Translations under genes and position numbers: made by a program | Part shown: positions 38,540-50,703 of the stretch, piece after piece | How the letters are laid out: the number at the start of each line of letters is the position of its first letter | Numbering within the stretch: position 1 is the first letter of the stretch | Assembly (NCBI GenBank): GCA_951406725.2 | Contig: OX597815.1 | Span: 169,446,001-169,510,000 of the forward strand | Direction: 5' to 3' | DNA from: Octopus vulgaris | Taxonomy: Eukaryota | Length of the DNA stretch: 64,000 nucleotides | Notes under the pieces: generated by a model | The model's input: the letters and a program-made list of their open reading frames with translations, nothing else | What the model was told of the DNA's origin: nothing | Databases searched by the model: none

Positions 38540-40354
38540 CTAAAGAAATAAAGCATAAATGTTGAATGTTTCATACTGAATTAGACTGTTGATAAAAGAC
38601 ATTATACCTTAAACTAGACAGCAGATTGGTAGAATCATTAGTATTACTTTACTGTATTTCTTGCAGCTCTTTACATTCTGGGTCGAGGTCTTGCCAAGGT
38701 CAACTTTGCCATTCATCAGTAAAATAAAGTACCATGCAAGTACTGGGTTTGATAGTATTGACTAGTCCCCTCCCCTCAAAATTACTGGTTTTGTGCCTCA
38801 ATTAGAAACTGGCAGAAACGTTAGCATGCCGGGTGAAATGCATAGTGGTATTTCGTCTGCCACTAGGTTCTGAGTTCAAATTCTGTCGAGGTCGACTTTG
38901 CTTTTATCCTCTCGGGCTCGATTAAATAAGTACCAGTTATGCACTGGAGTCGATATAATCAACTTAATCCGTTTGTCTGTCCTTGTTTGTCCTCTCTGTG
39001 TTTAGCCCCTTGTGGGTAGTAAAGAAATAGGTATTTCGTTCTGAGTTCAAATTCCGCTGAGGTCGACTTTGCTTTTCATCATTTCGGGGTCAATAAATTA
39101 AGTACCAGTTACGCACTGGGGTCGATGTAATCGACTTAATCCGTTTGTCTGTGTTTAACCCCTTGTGGGCAATAAAGAAATAAGAAACTATTATACTTTA
39201 ACCCTTTGATACCAATCCACCTCAGACCAACCGGGATATGTGATACAAATTTTACATTTTAAAGTGCTTTGAATTTAAACTTTTCATTAAAATTTCATTT
39301 TAATTTGTGTTTCAAGCATCAGCTTAACAATCCTTTTTAGTATAGGCACAAGGCTTGAAATTTTTTCAGGGGATGGGGATAGTCAATTACATTGACCCCA
39401 GTGCTCAACTGGTATTTATTTTATCAACCCTGAAAGGATGAAAGGCCAAGTTGATCTTTGTGATATTTGAACCCACAGAGTAAAGCTGGACAAAATATTG
39501 CTAAGCATTTTGCCTGTTGTGCTAATGATTCTGCCAGCTTACCACCTTAATTCACTATCTTAATACTGGTAAAAAATTTTAAGCTCTTCTTCTTTCTACC
39601 ATAGGCATGAGACCTGAAATTTTTGTCAGGGGAAGAGAATAGCCAATTACATTGACCCCAGCACTCAACTGGTACTTATTTTATCAATCCCGAAAAGGAT
39701 GAAAGACAAAGTCAGTCTTGGTGGGGCTTGAATTCAGAATATAAAACTGGACAAAATATTGGCTTCAAATTTTAGCACAAGGCCAGCAATTTTAGGGGAA
39801 AGGGTAAGTCAATTACATTGACCCCAGTTCTCAACTAGTACTTCTTTAATTGACTGTGAAAGGATGGAAGTCAAAATCGATCTTAGTCAGAATGTAAAAC
39901 TGGACATTTTGCTAAAAATTTTGCTTGTCATTCTAAAGATTCTACTGGCTCACTGCTTTAAAAACCAACTTAATAACGAACTAATTATTTTAAATTCTTC
40001 ACTATTTTCAATATTTTTTTCTCTTTCTACTATAGGTATAAGGGCTGAAAGCTAGTCAAATACATAGATCTTAGTGCTCAACTTAATCTTATTTTATTGA
40101 CACTGGGAAGAGGAAAGGTAAAGTCATCTGTGGTGGAATTTGAACACAGAGTGTATTTCAATGCGTTTCAACAGAAATAAGTAGTAAAAAGGTTAAATGA
40201 ATCTATGGTAGAGATTGGTCCGGGAAGAATTTACAAGAAGTAGTTTTACATCTGATGCAAGAATGTTAATTCTCACAGATAAGATGATATTGGATTAAAA
40301 ATATTTTGCAGACTAATTCAACTCAAGAGAAAAATAATAACTGACATAAGAACA

Positions 40355-40374
40355 GTGATGATGATGATGATGAC

Positions 40375-40426
<52 letters not shown>

Positions 40427-40990
40427 ATAATGATGACAATGAGGACGATGATGCTAATTCTGAAGGTTAGGAAGATTTCAGTGATTGATGGTGATGGCAA
40501 TGATGATGATGATTATGATGAGGGTGATGGTGGTGATGGTGGCAGTGGTGGAGTGATGGTAATGATGCTGGCATTAAAGTTAAGGAAGATTTTGATGACT
40601 ATTGATAATGATGATAATGATGATGATAACGACCGCAACGCAATGACGACAACAGAGACGATAATAATGATGATGTTGTGAAGATGGTGGTGATGGTGAT
40701 GATGATGATGCTATGATTGTGGTGGTGGTGATGACGACGATGACGACAACAACGACAACAACGACGAAGATGATGATGATGGTGTGATGATAGTGGTGAT
40801 GGTGATGGTGATGATGATAATGATGATGATGAGGATGATGTGATGATGGTGGTACTGGTAATGATGATGGTTACAATGGTAGTGCTAATGGTGGTGGAAA
40901 TAATGAAGAGGGTGGTGGGGGATAATGGTGTGTGGTGGTGGTGGTGGTGATGAGGATTATGGCAACAATTACAATAATTATGATAATAAA
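40355..40990. repeat. Degenerate (GAT)/(GGT)/(GAC)n tract, followed by (GATA)n/(GA)n tracts to ~41610
   Basis: Read directly. Confidence 0.95.
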
Positions 40991-41251
40991 GTGATGAGTG
41001 ATGAACGAGATTTATGTAACTGAAAACTAGAATATACAAACATACATATATGAGATAGATAAATTGATGGATAAATAGCTAGCTGGATAAGTTGATAGAT
41101 ATATATACAGATAGGTAGGTAGATTGATAGATGGATAGATAGATAGATAGACAGATAGACAGATAAATAGATAGATAGACAGATAGACAGATAAATAGAT
41201 AGATAGATAGATAGATGGATGGATGGATAGTGGAAGAGTGTGTGTGTGTGT

Positions 41252-41308
<57 letters not shown>

Positions 41309-41410
41309 AGACAGATGGGTTGGTAGATTGATAGCTAGATGGATAGATAGGTAGGTAGACTGAAAGATAGATAGATAGATAGATGGATAGGTAGATAGAT
41401 GGATAGGTAA

Positions 41411-41450
<40 letters not shown>

Positions 41451-41530
41451 ATAGATAGATGGATAGATAGATAGATAGATAGATAGATGGTTGGATGGAT
41501 AGATAAATATATAGATAGATGGATAGATAG

Positions 41531-41600
<70 letters not shown>

Positions 41601-42238
41601 TGAGAGAGAGAGAAGGATAAGAAAAGAGGGATTCATTGAGTTGGCATTTCTGAGCAGAAGGTTTAATACAATCAATAGAGTCTTTAACTTGTAAGTCTTA
41701 GCTCCTTGATTTATGGAATATTTTCTGAGGAATATTGAATTTAGTCCGAAATGACATTTGAAGGTGATTGAGTTTGTTCTGTGTTGACATACATGCTATT
41801 CATTTAAAATGATAAAATAAGGCTTGTTTACTCAGTGCAGCATCTTTAATATTGTTGATTCTTATTTGCGACTTCATCATCCTTGCTTTTATTTTTGTTT
41901 TAGATTTATTTGCCTTCATTGCAAATCTGCAAAATTAATGTTTCTTTTTATGCATTTATCTTGTTTTTTTTTTTAATATTATCTTGTCTCTTTTCTTCTA
42001 TTAACAGGAATAGACAATGACAGGTATGGGTGTGTTGATTAAAGGTTTTCACACTTTGCAAGCACTTGCTCTTAAGGTTTGATGTCTGATGTCACTGCAT
42101 AGCATCTTGGTAGAACTGTCTTCTGCTTACAGCCTCAGGTTGATCAATACGACATGTGAGAAAATTAGATCTACTGAAGCTTGTCAAAAACATATGCATA
42201 CATACAAATGCCACATATGCAGACACACACGCATGCAT

Positions 42239-42274
<36 letters not shown>

Positions 42275-42415
42275 ACACATACACACACCTATCTGAACTC
42301 AACTAACACTTCATTCAGAAAAATATGTATATTGAGTTCTACATCAAGTTATTAGTCTCACAATGCCTAAACAAAATATTAAAATGTTAGATATATATAT
42401 ATATATGAAAGAAGG

Positions 42416-42548
42416 TTTGAAAATGCAATTTTAAAAGATGTTTATTCACTTGACCGGTTTCACTTTTTTAGAAAAAGATTGTGAATCTTTTTCTAAAAAA
42501 GTGAAACCGGTCAAGTGAATAAACATCTTTTAAAATTGCATTTTCAAA
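42416..42548. repeat. Perfect palindrome: 65-bp arms, 3-nt loop
   Basis: 42416-42480 is the exact reverse complement of 42484-42548; contains GAAACCGGTC...AATAAA. Confidence 0.97.
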
Positions 42549-42620
42549 AATTCTTACATATATATTTCCACTCATGCGGTACCTTACATCTTCACTTTGT
42601 CATATATATATATATATATA

Positions 42621-42921
42621 TATATAAGAATTTTTTAATGAGATAAAAAACCAAGGCTGTGTGGATATTGGAATATTTATAGATAGAAGGTCTTACAGCT
42701 GTTTCCAGGATATTTATTAATTATACCCCTTCATTGGAGACGGTGTGAGAGGATAGTTAAGTAATAGTTAGTTTAGATAGGATACAAAATGATAGGATAT
42801 CCCGATGAAGGGATATAATTAATAAATATCCTGGAAACAGCTGTAAGACCTTCTATCTATATAGGTTCTAATATCTACATAGCCTTGGTTTTTTATCCCA
42901 TTACACAAAAAATTCTTATAT
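42621..42921. repeat. Inverted repeat (~120-bp arms, ~60-nt spacer), each arm with a hammerhead-like motif
   Basis: 42621-42739 versus 42801-42921; CC(G/A)ATGA...GAAACAGCTGTA. Confidence 0.9.
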
Positions 42922-43146
42922 ACACGCGTTGACATATGACCAACGTTGAACCCCTTATTCGGAAAATTACCGAACCTGGAACTTAACTATGGTCTGTCTA
43001 TAGCACTTATTAAACATTACCTGACACCTTTGGGTCTCAATGACACCATTACCTCTTATATATATATATATATATTTTTATTTTTTATTTTATCTAGTTT
43101 CAGCTCACGAGCTGTGGCCATGCTGGGGCACCGCCATTACGAAGGG

Positions 43147-43266
43147 AATGCTTACAGCACCTAGGTTTCCCAAGCGGTCACCCATCTAAGTACTAACTAG
43201 GCTCGATGTTGCTTAACTTCGGTGATCGGACGAGAACCGGTGCTTTCAACGTGATATGGCCGTAAG
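43147..43266 (-). pseudogene. Near full-length 5S rRNA copy forming the head of a SINE-like element (tail ~43075-43146)
   Basis: CTTACGGCCATATCACGTTGAAAGCACCGGTTCTCGTCCGATCACCGAAGTTAAGC...GTACTTAGATGGGTGACCGCTTGGGAAACCTAGGTGCTGTAAGCATT; no T-run terminator; isolated copy. Confidence 0.92.
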
Positions 43267-43820
43267 GTGATTGAGTTTGTTCTGTGTTGACATACATGCT
43301 ATTCATTTAAAATGATAAAATAAGGCTTGTTTACTCAGTGCAGCATCCTTAATATTGTTGATTCTTATTTGCGACTTCATCATCCTTGCTTTTATTTTTG
43401 TTTTAGATTTATTTGCCTTCCTTGCAAATCTGCAAAATTAATGTTTCTTTTTATGCATTTATCTTTTTTTATTTTTAATATCATCTTGTCTCTTTTCTTC
43501 TATTAACAGGAATAGACAATGGCAGGTATGGGTGTGTTGATTAAAGGTTTTCACACTTTGCAAGCACTTGCTCTTAAGGTTTGATGTCTGATGTCACTGC
43601 ATAGCATCTTGGTAGAATTGTCTTATGCTTACAGCCTCAGGTTGATCAATACGGCACGTGAGAAAATTAGATCTACAGAAGCTGCGCAGAAGCTTGTCAA
43701 AAACATATGTACACATACAAATACCACACATGCAGGCATGCACGCATGCAGACACACACACACACACTCACACACGAACACACACACATAGACACACCTA
43801 TCTGTACTCATATATATATA

Positions 43821-44070
43821 TAAGATATGAGGGCTTTAGTTCACTGGTGATCTAAATGAATAAGTTTACTGAGTAAGTGCTATAATCAGTCATTCGTTAG
43901 GTTCCAAGTTCACAGCTGAGGCTGGAGTTAGGGATCCGTATTTGGAAGCCAATGATGGATCCCTAACTCCAGCTTCAGCTGTGAACTTGGAACCTGACGA
44001 ATGACTGATTATAACACTTACTCAGCCTACCTATTTGTTTAGATCACCAGTGAACCCCTCATATCCTTTA
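43821..44070. repeat. Inverted repeat (~115-bp arms, ~19-nt loop) between (TA)n and (CA)n
   Basis: ...GTTCCAAGTTCACAGCTGAGGCTGGAGTTAGGGATCC / GGATCCCTAACTCCAGCTTCAGCTGTGAACTTGGAAC... Confidence 0.93.
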
Positions 44071-44087
44071 CACTCACACACACACAT

Positions 44088-44163
<76 letters not shown>

Positions 44164-44688
44164 GCACACACACACACACACACACACACAATAACCTGGT
44201 GTAGAACACAATATGCATATTCTTCTGAATGAAGTGTTGGTTGAATACAAAGTGGTAATAAAAAAAAATCTGATGACAAAGGAATAAAAAAACTGTATTA
44301 TGAACTTCATTAGCTTACACATTGAATAATAATAATAACAAGAGCACTCAGAGAGCACAAACCTCCACCAAGGCAACACCAACATCCTCTCAACAATTAG
44401 CTTCCACACAGTTTCTGTCTACTAAGTTCACTTACAAAGCCCAGAGCTATAGACGAGGACACTTACTCAAGGTACTGTGCAGTGGGACTGAGCCCAAAGC
44501 CACATAGTTGCAAAGTAAGTTTCTTAACCACACAACCATGCCTGTACCTGAAATTATCACAAATATTAGTCCCACTCATACCAGCATAGAAGGCGGATGG
44601 TAAATGATGATGATGGTTAACTGTAAATGAGAATAATTAATTTATAAATTTTTTAGTTTGATTGATATATATACATATATAAACATAC

Positions 44689-44779
44689 TTCTTGCTCTTC
44701 AAGGACAAGTAATTCTTTCTGTATTTCTGTATCAAATACTTCTTTTGGACCTCTTTCGATCTTTTCCATTCCATAGTAG
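44689..44779 (-). CDS. GARNL3: GARNL3 exon (YYGMEKIERGPKEVFDTEIQKELLVLEEQE)
   Basis: TTTTCAG|CTACTAT...GAGCAAGAA|GTATGT, 91 nt, phase 2->0. Matches ...GPREIFHPEIQKDLLVLEEQE. Confidence 0.95.
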
Positions 44780-45510
44780 CTGAAAAGAATAAAAAATTAA
44801 TATTAGAAATTTATTATCATTATTATTATTATTTATTTCATTATTATTTTCATTATTCACATTATCCATTTTCCCATGCTCACATGGATCAGACGGAATT
44901 TTGTTGATATAGATTTTGTATGGCTTGATACACCTCCTGTCACCAACTCTCAGCTGTTTCCAAGTAAGTCAATATTTTCTTGTAGCCAGACATGTGAGAA
45001 TCATCACTGTTTTGTCATTGTCGTTTTCACCATTGTTGGCGTCATCGTCGTCATTGGTGTTGGAAGTATTGGTATTGTCGGCATCATTGGCATTGTTTTA
45101 GCATTGTCATTGTTTTAGCATCCACTTTCCCATGCTTGTCTGAGTCAAGCTGAAGTTGCTGAGGTAGATTTTTCTGTCTGAATGCTTTCCCTGTTGCCCC
45201 AGCCTCCACCTGTTTCTGAACAAGGTGATACTTTCCCTTGGCCAGACATGGAATATCGAACATGAATGACACAATTTGTGTGCCTGAGATACACACGTGC
45301 AAAAACATATATACACACAAACATACACCCCTAAAAGAACATACAAACATATACGCATATACATAGATACACATCTGTCTGTCAGTCTCTCTTTCTATAT
45401 ATATATATATAAGGTTAATCCAAACGAGAAAACAGAAAAAACAACAACACAAGGAGGTGGAACAATTAAAGTATTATTATTAGGCGCTCAGGAAAAAGGG
45501 AAGAAGGAGG

Positions 45511-45545
45511 GTATGACGTTTCGAGCGGAGCTCTTCGTCGGAAAC
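45511..45545 (-). ncRNA. Minimal type I hammerhead ribozyme motif (PLE-type, U4C variant)
   Basis: GUUU-CCGACGA-A-GAGC(UCC)GCUC-GAAAC-GUC-AUAC within a short (TA)n-flanked insert (~45411-45548). Confidence 0.65.
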
Positions 45546-45983
45546 ATAAATATATATATATATATGCACACACACACATCATTATTATCATTTAATGTCT
45601 GTTGTCCATGCTGGCATGGTTTGGATGGTTTGTCCAGGGCTGGTAAGCTAGAAGGCTGTACCAAACTCCAGTCTGATTTGGCATGGTGTTCTATGGCTGG
45701 ATGCCCTTTCTAAAGCCAGCCACTTTGAGAGTGTAATGGGTGCTTTTTACATGCCACTGGCATGGGTGCCATTTGCATGACACCAGTGTTTGCTATGACT
45801 GCAATTTTGCTTGGCTTGATGGGTTTTCTTGTCAAGCATGATGTAATGTCAAAAGTCTCAGTCATTGTCCCAGTGATGCCCAACACTCAAAAGAAACTAA
45901 GCCACTTTGCCCCGAGACCCAACACTCAAAAGGTCTGTCTATCTGTCTGTCTGTCTGTCTTTCTCTCTCTCTGTTTCTCCTTC

Positions 45984-46027
<44 letters not shown>

Positions 46028-47504
46028 AGCACTCCGTTGGTTGTGACGACGAGGGTCCAGCTGATACGATCAATGGAACAGCTTGCTCATGAAATTAATG
46101 TGCAAATGGCTGAGCACTCCACAAACACGTGTACCCTTAATGTAGTTCTTGGGGAGATTCAGCGTGACACAGAGTGTGAAAAGGCTGGCCCTTTGAAATA
46201 TAGGTACAACTCATTTTTTGCCAGCTGAGTAGACTGGAGCAACGTTAAATAAAGTGTCTTGCTCAAGGACACAACACGCCACCGAGAATTGAACTCACGA
46301 CCTTACAATCATGAGCCGAATGCCCCTAACCACTAAGCTATGCACCTTCACAATTCTATATTATATTATTATAGCAATCAATTGCTATAATATATAATAT
46401 ATATATGTACACACACACACATACACACACAGAGTTCTTTCAGTTCTAGCAAATCCACTCACAAAGCTTTGTTCAGTTTGAAGAGGCAATAGTAGAAAAC
46501 ACTTGCCTCAGGTGCATGCAGTGAGACTGAACCTGAAACCATGCAGTTAGGAAGCAGATTCTTAATATAAATTCTTAATATAAGTAGGCACGACTGTATG
46601 TAACTTAATATAAACTGCAAGTCTCAAATCTTCCTTGCCATTAATTAGTGGAGACGATATCTAACTGGTACCATTAGGAACAACACTGAAATGGTTTTTA
46701 TTAACAATTATGGGAACAATTTATCAATTATTAATATTATTAACATTGAGTAAGTAGTACAATTACAATAAGTAGAAGCATTAAAATTATTTCCAGAAAT
46801 TAATTGACAGTTAATTCCAGTGGCTTAGCGACTAATTAACATTGATGTCATTTAATGCAATCTAGTAGTGTCTATGTTGTAGACATGGAAAGATTATACC
46901 AAACTGAGTGTATATATTAGAATTGGAATAGAAGTTTTATAATTGGATTGAGTATAAAGAGTAGTTTTGATATGAGCTATGCTATAAATAGGAAATTAAA
47001 TTAACAATGATGCCTCACCATGACTGCAACCTGAGGACTAGAACAAGTAAAAGAATATAAGAATTAGCAGTAATTAACAAAAATAATAGGATGAAACTCA
47101 GATGGATATTTCTTATGAATCAACCCTCATGCAATCAGGTGAAGTTTTGGTTGTCTGCAGTTATTCAATGAGTGGGAGCATGTGGCTTAGTGGTTAGGGG
47201 TGTTGGACTCATAATCATGAGTTTGTGGTTTCAGTTCCTGGACCGGGCGGTACATTGTGTTCTTGAGCAAAACACTTCATTTCACGTGCTCTCAGCTGGC
47301 AAAAATGAGTAACCCTGCAATGGACCAGCATTCTATCCAGGTGGGGAATATATACACCATAGAAATCTGGAAATCGGCCCTTATGAGTTAGCATGACTCG
47401 AGAAGCTAACTTAGTTATTCAATGATTTATTGGATTGATGAAAGAGCAGTGCCTTTCAGTGAAGCATTATTCATAAAAGTGGAACTCAAAAACTGTTCTC
47501 TCAC

Positions 47505-47571
47505 TCGTCCTCCTTCTCTCTCTCTCCTCCTCCTTCTCTCTCTCTCCTCCTCCTTCTCTCTCTCTCCTCCT

Positions 47572-47607
<36 letters not shown>

Positions 47608-47771
47608 CTTCTCTCTTTCCTCCTCCTCCTCCTCCTCCTCCTCCTCTCTCTCTCTCTCTCCTCCTCCTCTCTCTCCTCCTCTCCTCCTCCTCCTCTTCTC
47701 TCCTCCTCCTCTCTCTCCCCTCTCTCCTCCTCCTCCTCCTCCTCCTCCTCTCTCCCCTCGTCCTCTCTCCT

Positions 47772-47834
<63 letters not shown>

Positions 47835-47835
47835 T
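47505..47835. repeat. Polypyrimidine (CT)/(CCT)n tract
   Basis: Read directly; a similar purine tract lies at 55680-55965. Confidence 0.95.
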
Positions 47836-48279
47836 TTCTTTGTCTCTCAGATTGACATTAACCCAAAGTGGGAACTGACAGACTGACTACTGTTTATTCT
47901 TATTTCAGTCAGTCTTAATACAAAACATCTTTCAGTCTGAATGAGACATTGATCTGCCATATTTCTATTCTTATAGATTACAGACCACATATATGGATTT
48001 CCTTTCTCTTGCATTAACAATATTTTCCCTTCACGCCACGTGTATAACCCAAAAGAACATGTGCATAACACATGTTTAATGATATTGTATTTCTTATGAA
48101 TGCTGTGATTGAAAATTGGTACTTTTTTTTCTGTGTAAATTATTTCTGCATTACTTTTGGAAGTAAACACATGCTCTTGAACAGCATTGAATTATTATAC
48201 CACCTGGGCTAGAAAAGGTAATGTGTAAAAAATAAAAGATTATATTTCATATATGTGTGTGTGTTTGTGTACATTCAAA

Positions 48280-48745
48280 GCTCGCTTTGACTCTGGCCAC
48301 CCAAGGATGCACAGGTATTCAGCTATTGTTGAATCATATTGATACAACATTGCATAAAATTTATGTAACATTCAGCAATTAACAGCTGATAATGGTGTGT
48401 TGAAAAATTGTGGTGATCTGTAATAAAGCCTGATCAGTCCATCTTCTTATACTAAAATTTGTTTAACAACATTACGACACAACTACTTTTACCTCAACTG
48501 GTCCAGCTCTCTTTAATATTATACCAAAGTATGTCAAAACAGAAACAGGTCCCATAAAATTCAAAAGTTCTCTGGGCAAATTGCTCCAAAAAATCTTGGA
48601 CCAACCTTCTACATCCAGATATGTCTCCAACAATAATAACTGTTTGCTAGAGTGGGCCATGGTACCCCACATATGACTAAAAGACTTCACCAGGTGGTGC
48701 TATTAAGTTAGACATGACCTAGGCCTATACTGACTGAAAGGTATC
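48280..48745 (+). mobile_element. CR1-like LINE ORF2 C-terminus and 3' end
   Basis: GPALFNIIPKYVKTETGPIKFKSSLGKLLQKILDQP resembles the GP.LFN.LP..I...FK..LD..L..IPD.P C-terminus of invertebrate CR1-group LINEs. Confidence 0.65.
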
Positions 48746-48768
48746 TAATATATATATATATATATATA

Positions 48769-49958
48769 CTAGCTGAAGGTGACCTGCTCTACGTGCGGGT
48801 AAGAGTGTGGTTGTTACTTTCTGTTGCTTCCTTTCAGCACGTAAAAAGCACCATCCGAATGTGGCCGATTGCAGCGCCGCCTCGACTGGCTTCTGTGCCG
48901 GTGGCATGTAAAAAGCACCAACCGATCGTTGCTGCTGCAAGCCCCCCTGGCACATGTGTCGGCGGCACGAAAAAAGCACCCACTACACTCACAGAGTGGT
49001 TGGCGTTAGGAAGGTCATCCACCTGTAGAAACACTGCCAGATCAGACTGGAGCCTGGTGCAGCCTCCTGGCTTCCCAGACCCCGGTCAAACTGTCCAACC
49101 CATGCTAGCACGGAAAACGGACGTTAAACGACGATGATGATGATTCTCCCTCTTTGTTTCTTTCTCTTTTCTCTCTCACTTTCCCACTCTCTTACTTTTC
49201 TTTTCTCTCGGACTCTCCCTCGCTTTGTCTTACTCTCTATGTTTATTTATCTCTCTCCCATTTATAAACAACAAAAGATCTTGAGTAAGTTGAGAAATAA
49301 AATATTTAGAAAGATCAATCATAAATATCAGGCAGTGGCAACGGAAAGGTCTGCTTCAAGGCAGACAGCAAAACGTTAACATTTAAAAGGGACAGACGAA
49401 CTTGCGAGCTGAATAAAAATAATAAAATATTGGAAACCAAAGTTTGAAGGGATAGAATCTGAGGATAGTAGAGTCACCATGGCTGGCATTTCTTAACGAC
49501 GGACAGCAACATATTGACAGTTTAACGGCTGGCGTAAAATTTTGAACTTGATGTAAAAGAAAATTCGTAAACACCAAGTTTTAAAGTGATTCTTTCTCAC
49601 GACAGTAGACTCACCATGGCAAGCATTCAAAACTTCTTCATCATGGACGGCAACACATTGACGATTAAAAGGCTGGCGCAAATTTTTTAGCTTGATGTAA
49701 CAGAGAATTCCTAAACACTCGCTCATTTAAATTTTAATCCCCTTTCAGCCCCATTTAGACCCCTTTTCACATTTTGGTTAATATAACCCGATTTCATTCG
49801 GGTCTACTGGGGCCACATTTTATAAGATGAGGAATTTTGTCCTTTCATTTGAGGAAAAAAATAGTTGTCATGCAAACTTGCCAGCACTTTTAACATAGGT
49901 GTGCATATTTTCAGCTGAACCGACCGACCACATAATGCACACATTATATATATATATA

Positions 49959-49995
<37 letters not shown>

Positions 49996-50703
49996 ACGCA
50001 TTATATATACAAATTATATATATATATATATGTATAAATTAAATTAGAGATAAAACCACTAATAGGAAAATGAAACAGTAAAAAACCAAAAACAAAAACA
50101 TAAAAATAAAAATATAATATAGAAAATATATAAAATATAAAATTGGACCACATAATGCACACATTATATATATATATATGTATATATGTGTGTGTGTGTG
50201 TGTGCGTGTGTGTTGGAGTCTCTCTCATACATGAGCGTTGACGCTGAATTCGACTGGAAAGCAGGTAACCTTGTCTTTGTATTTGGTCGATCGGCGCGTT
50301 GACAGGTAGACAATAGAATGCGATGGCGATGGCGATGGCGATGGCGATGGAATATTTGTTTCTCTCTATGAATGCAGACAGATACATAAGTGAAAGTTAT
50401 GGGAAGCTAAGAGATAGAGTGAGTGAAAATGTTCTGGGAAGAGAGGAAATAGCCAGAGTGAGTTGGGGAAGACAGACACATTAAATAACGGGAGTGGAAT
50501 TGTCAGAGTTATAAATGAAGGGGAGTTAGAGGGGAATGGAAGAAATAGTGTGAGTGAGGAAGATAGGGATTTCTAAGGTAGCCCACGAGCATCGTCACCT
50601 CATTTTACACGTCCTTGTAAATTTTGGAGCGAATCGGTTGGGATGTAGTAGCATTGAAAGCAAGCCAAGCGGTAAAAACGCATTTCAGTTTTATATATAG
50701 AGA
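48769..50703 (-). mobile_element. Non-autonomous Helitron with a nested RTE tail and internal ~135-bp tandem duplication
   Basis: Minus strand A|TCTCTATATATAAAA start; hairpin ACCCGCACGTAGAGCAGGT, then CACCTTCAG-CTAG|T end. Confidence 0.75.

Larger units (their letters stand above)
41761..43810 (+). repeat. Direct duplication of ~540 bp (41761-~42301 and 43264-~43810)
   Basis: Both copies start AAGGTGATTGAGTTTGTTCTGTGTTGACATAC and stay nearly identical to ...CACCTATCTG(A/T)ACTCA. Confidence 0.95.

Noticed and set aside
43147-43266. Functional 5S rRNA gene
   Set aside because: Single intronic copy, first base replaced, no oligo-T terminator, fused to a retroposon tail.
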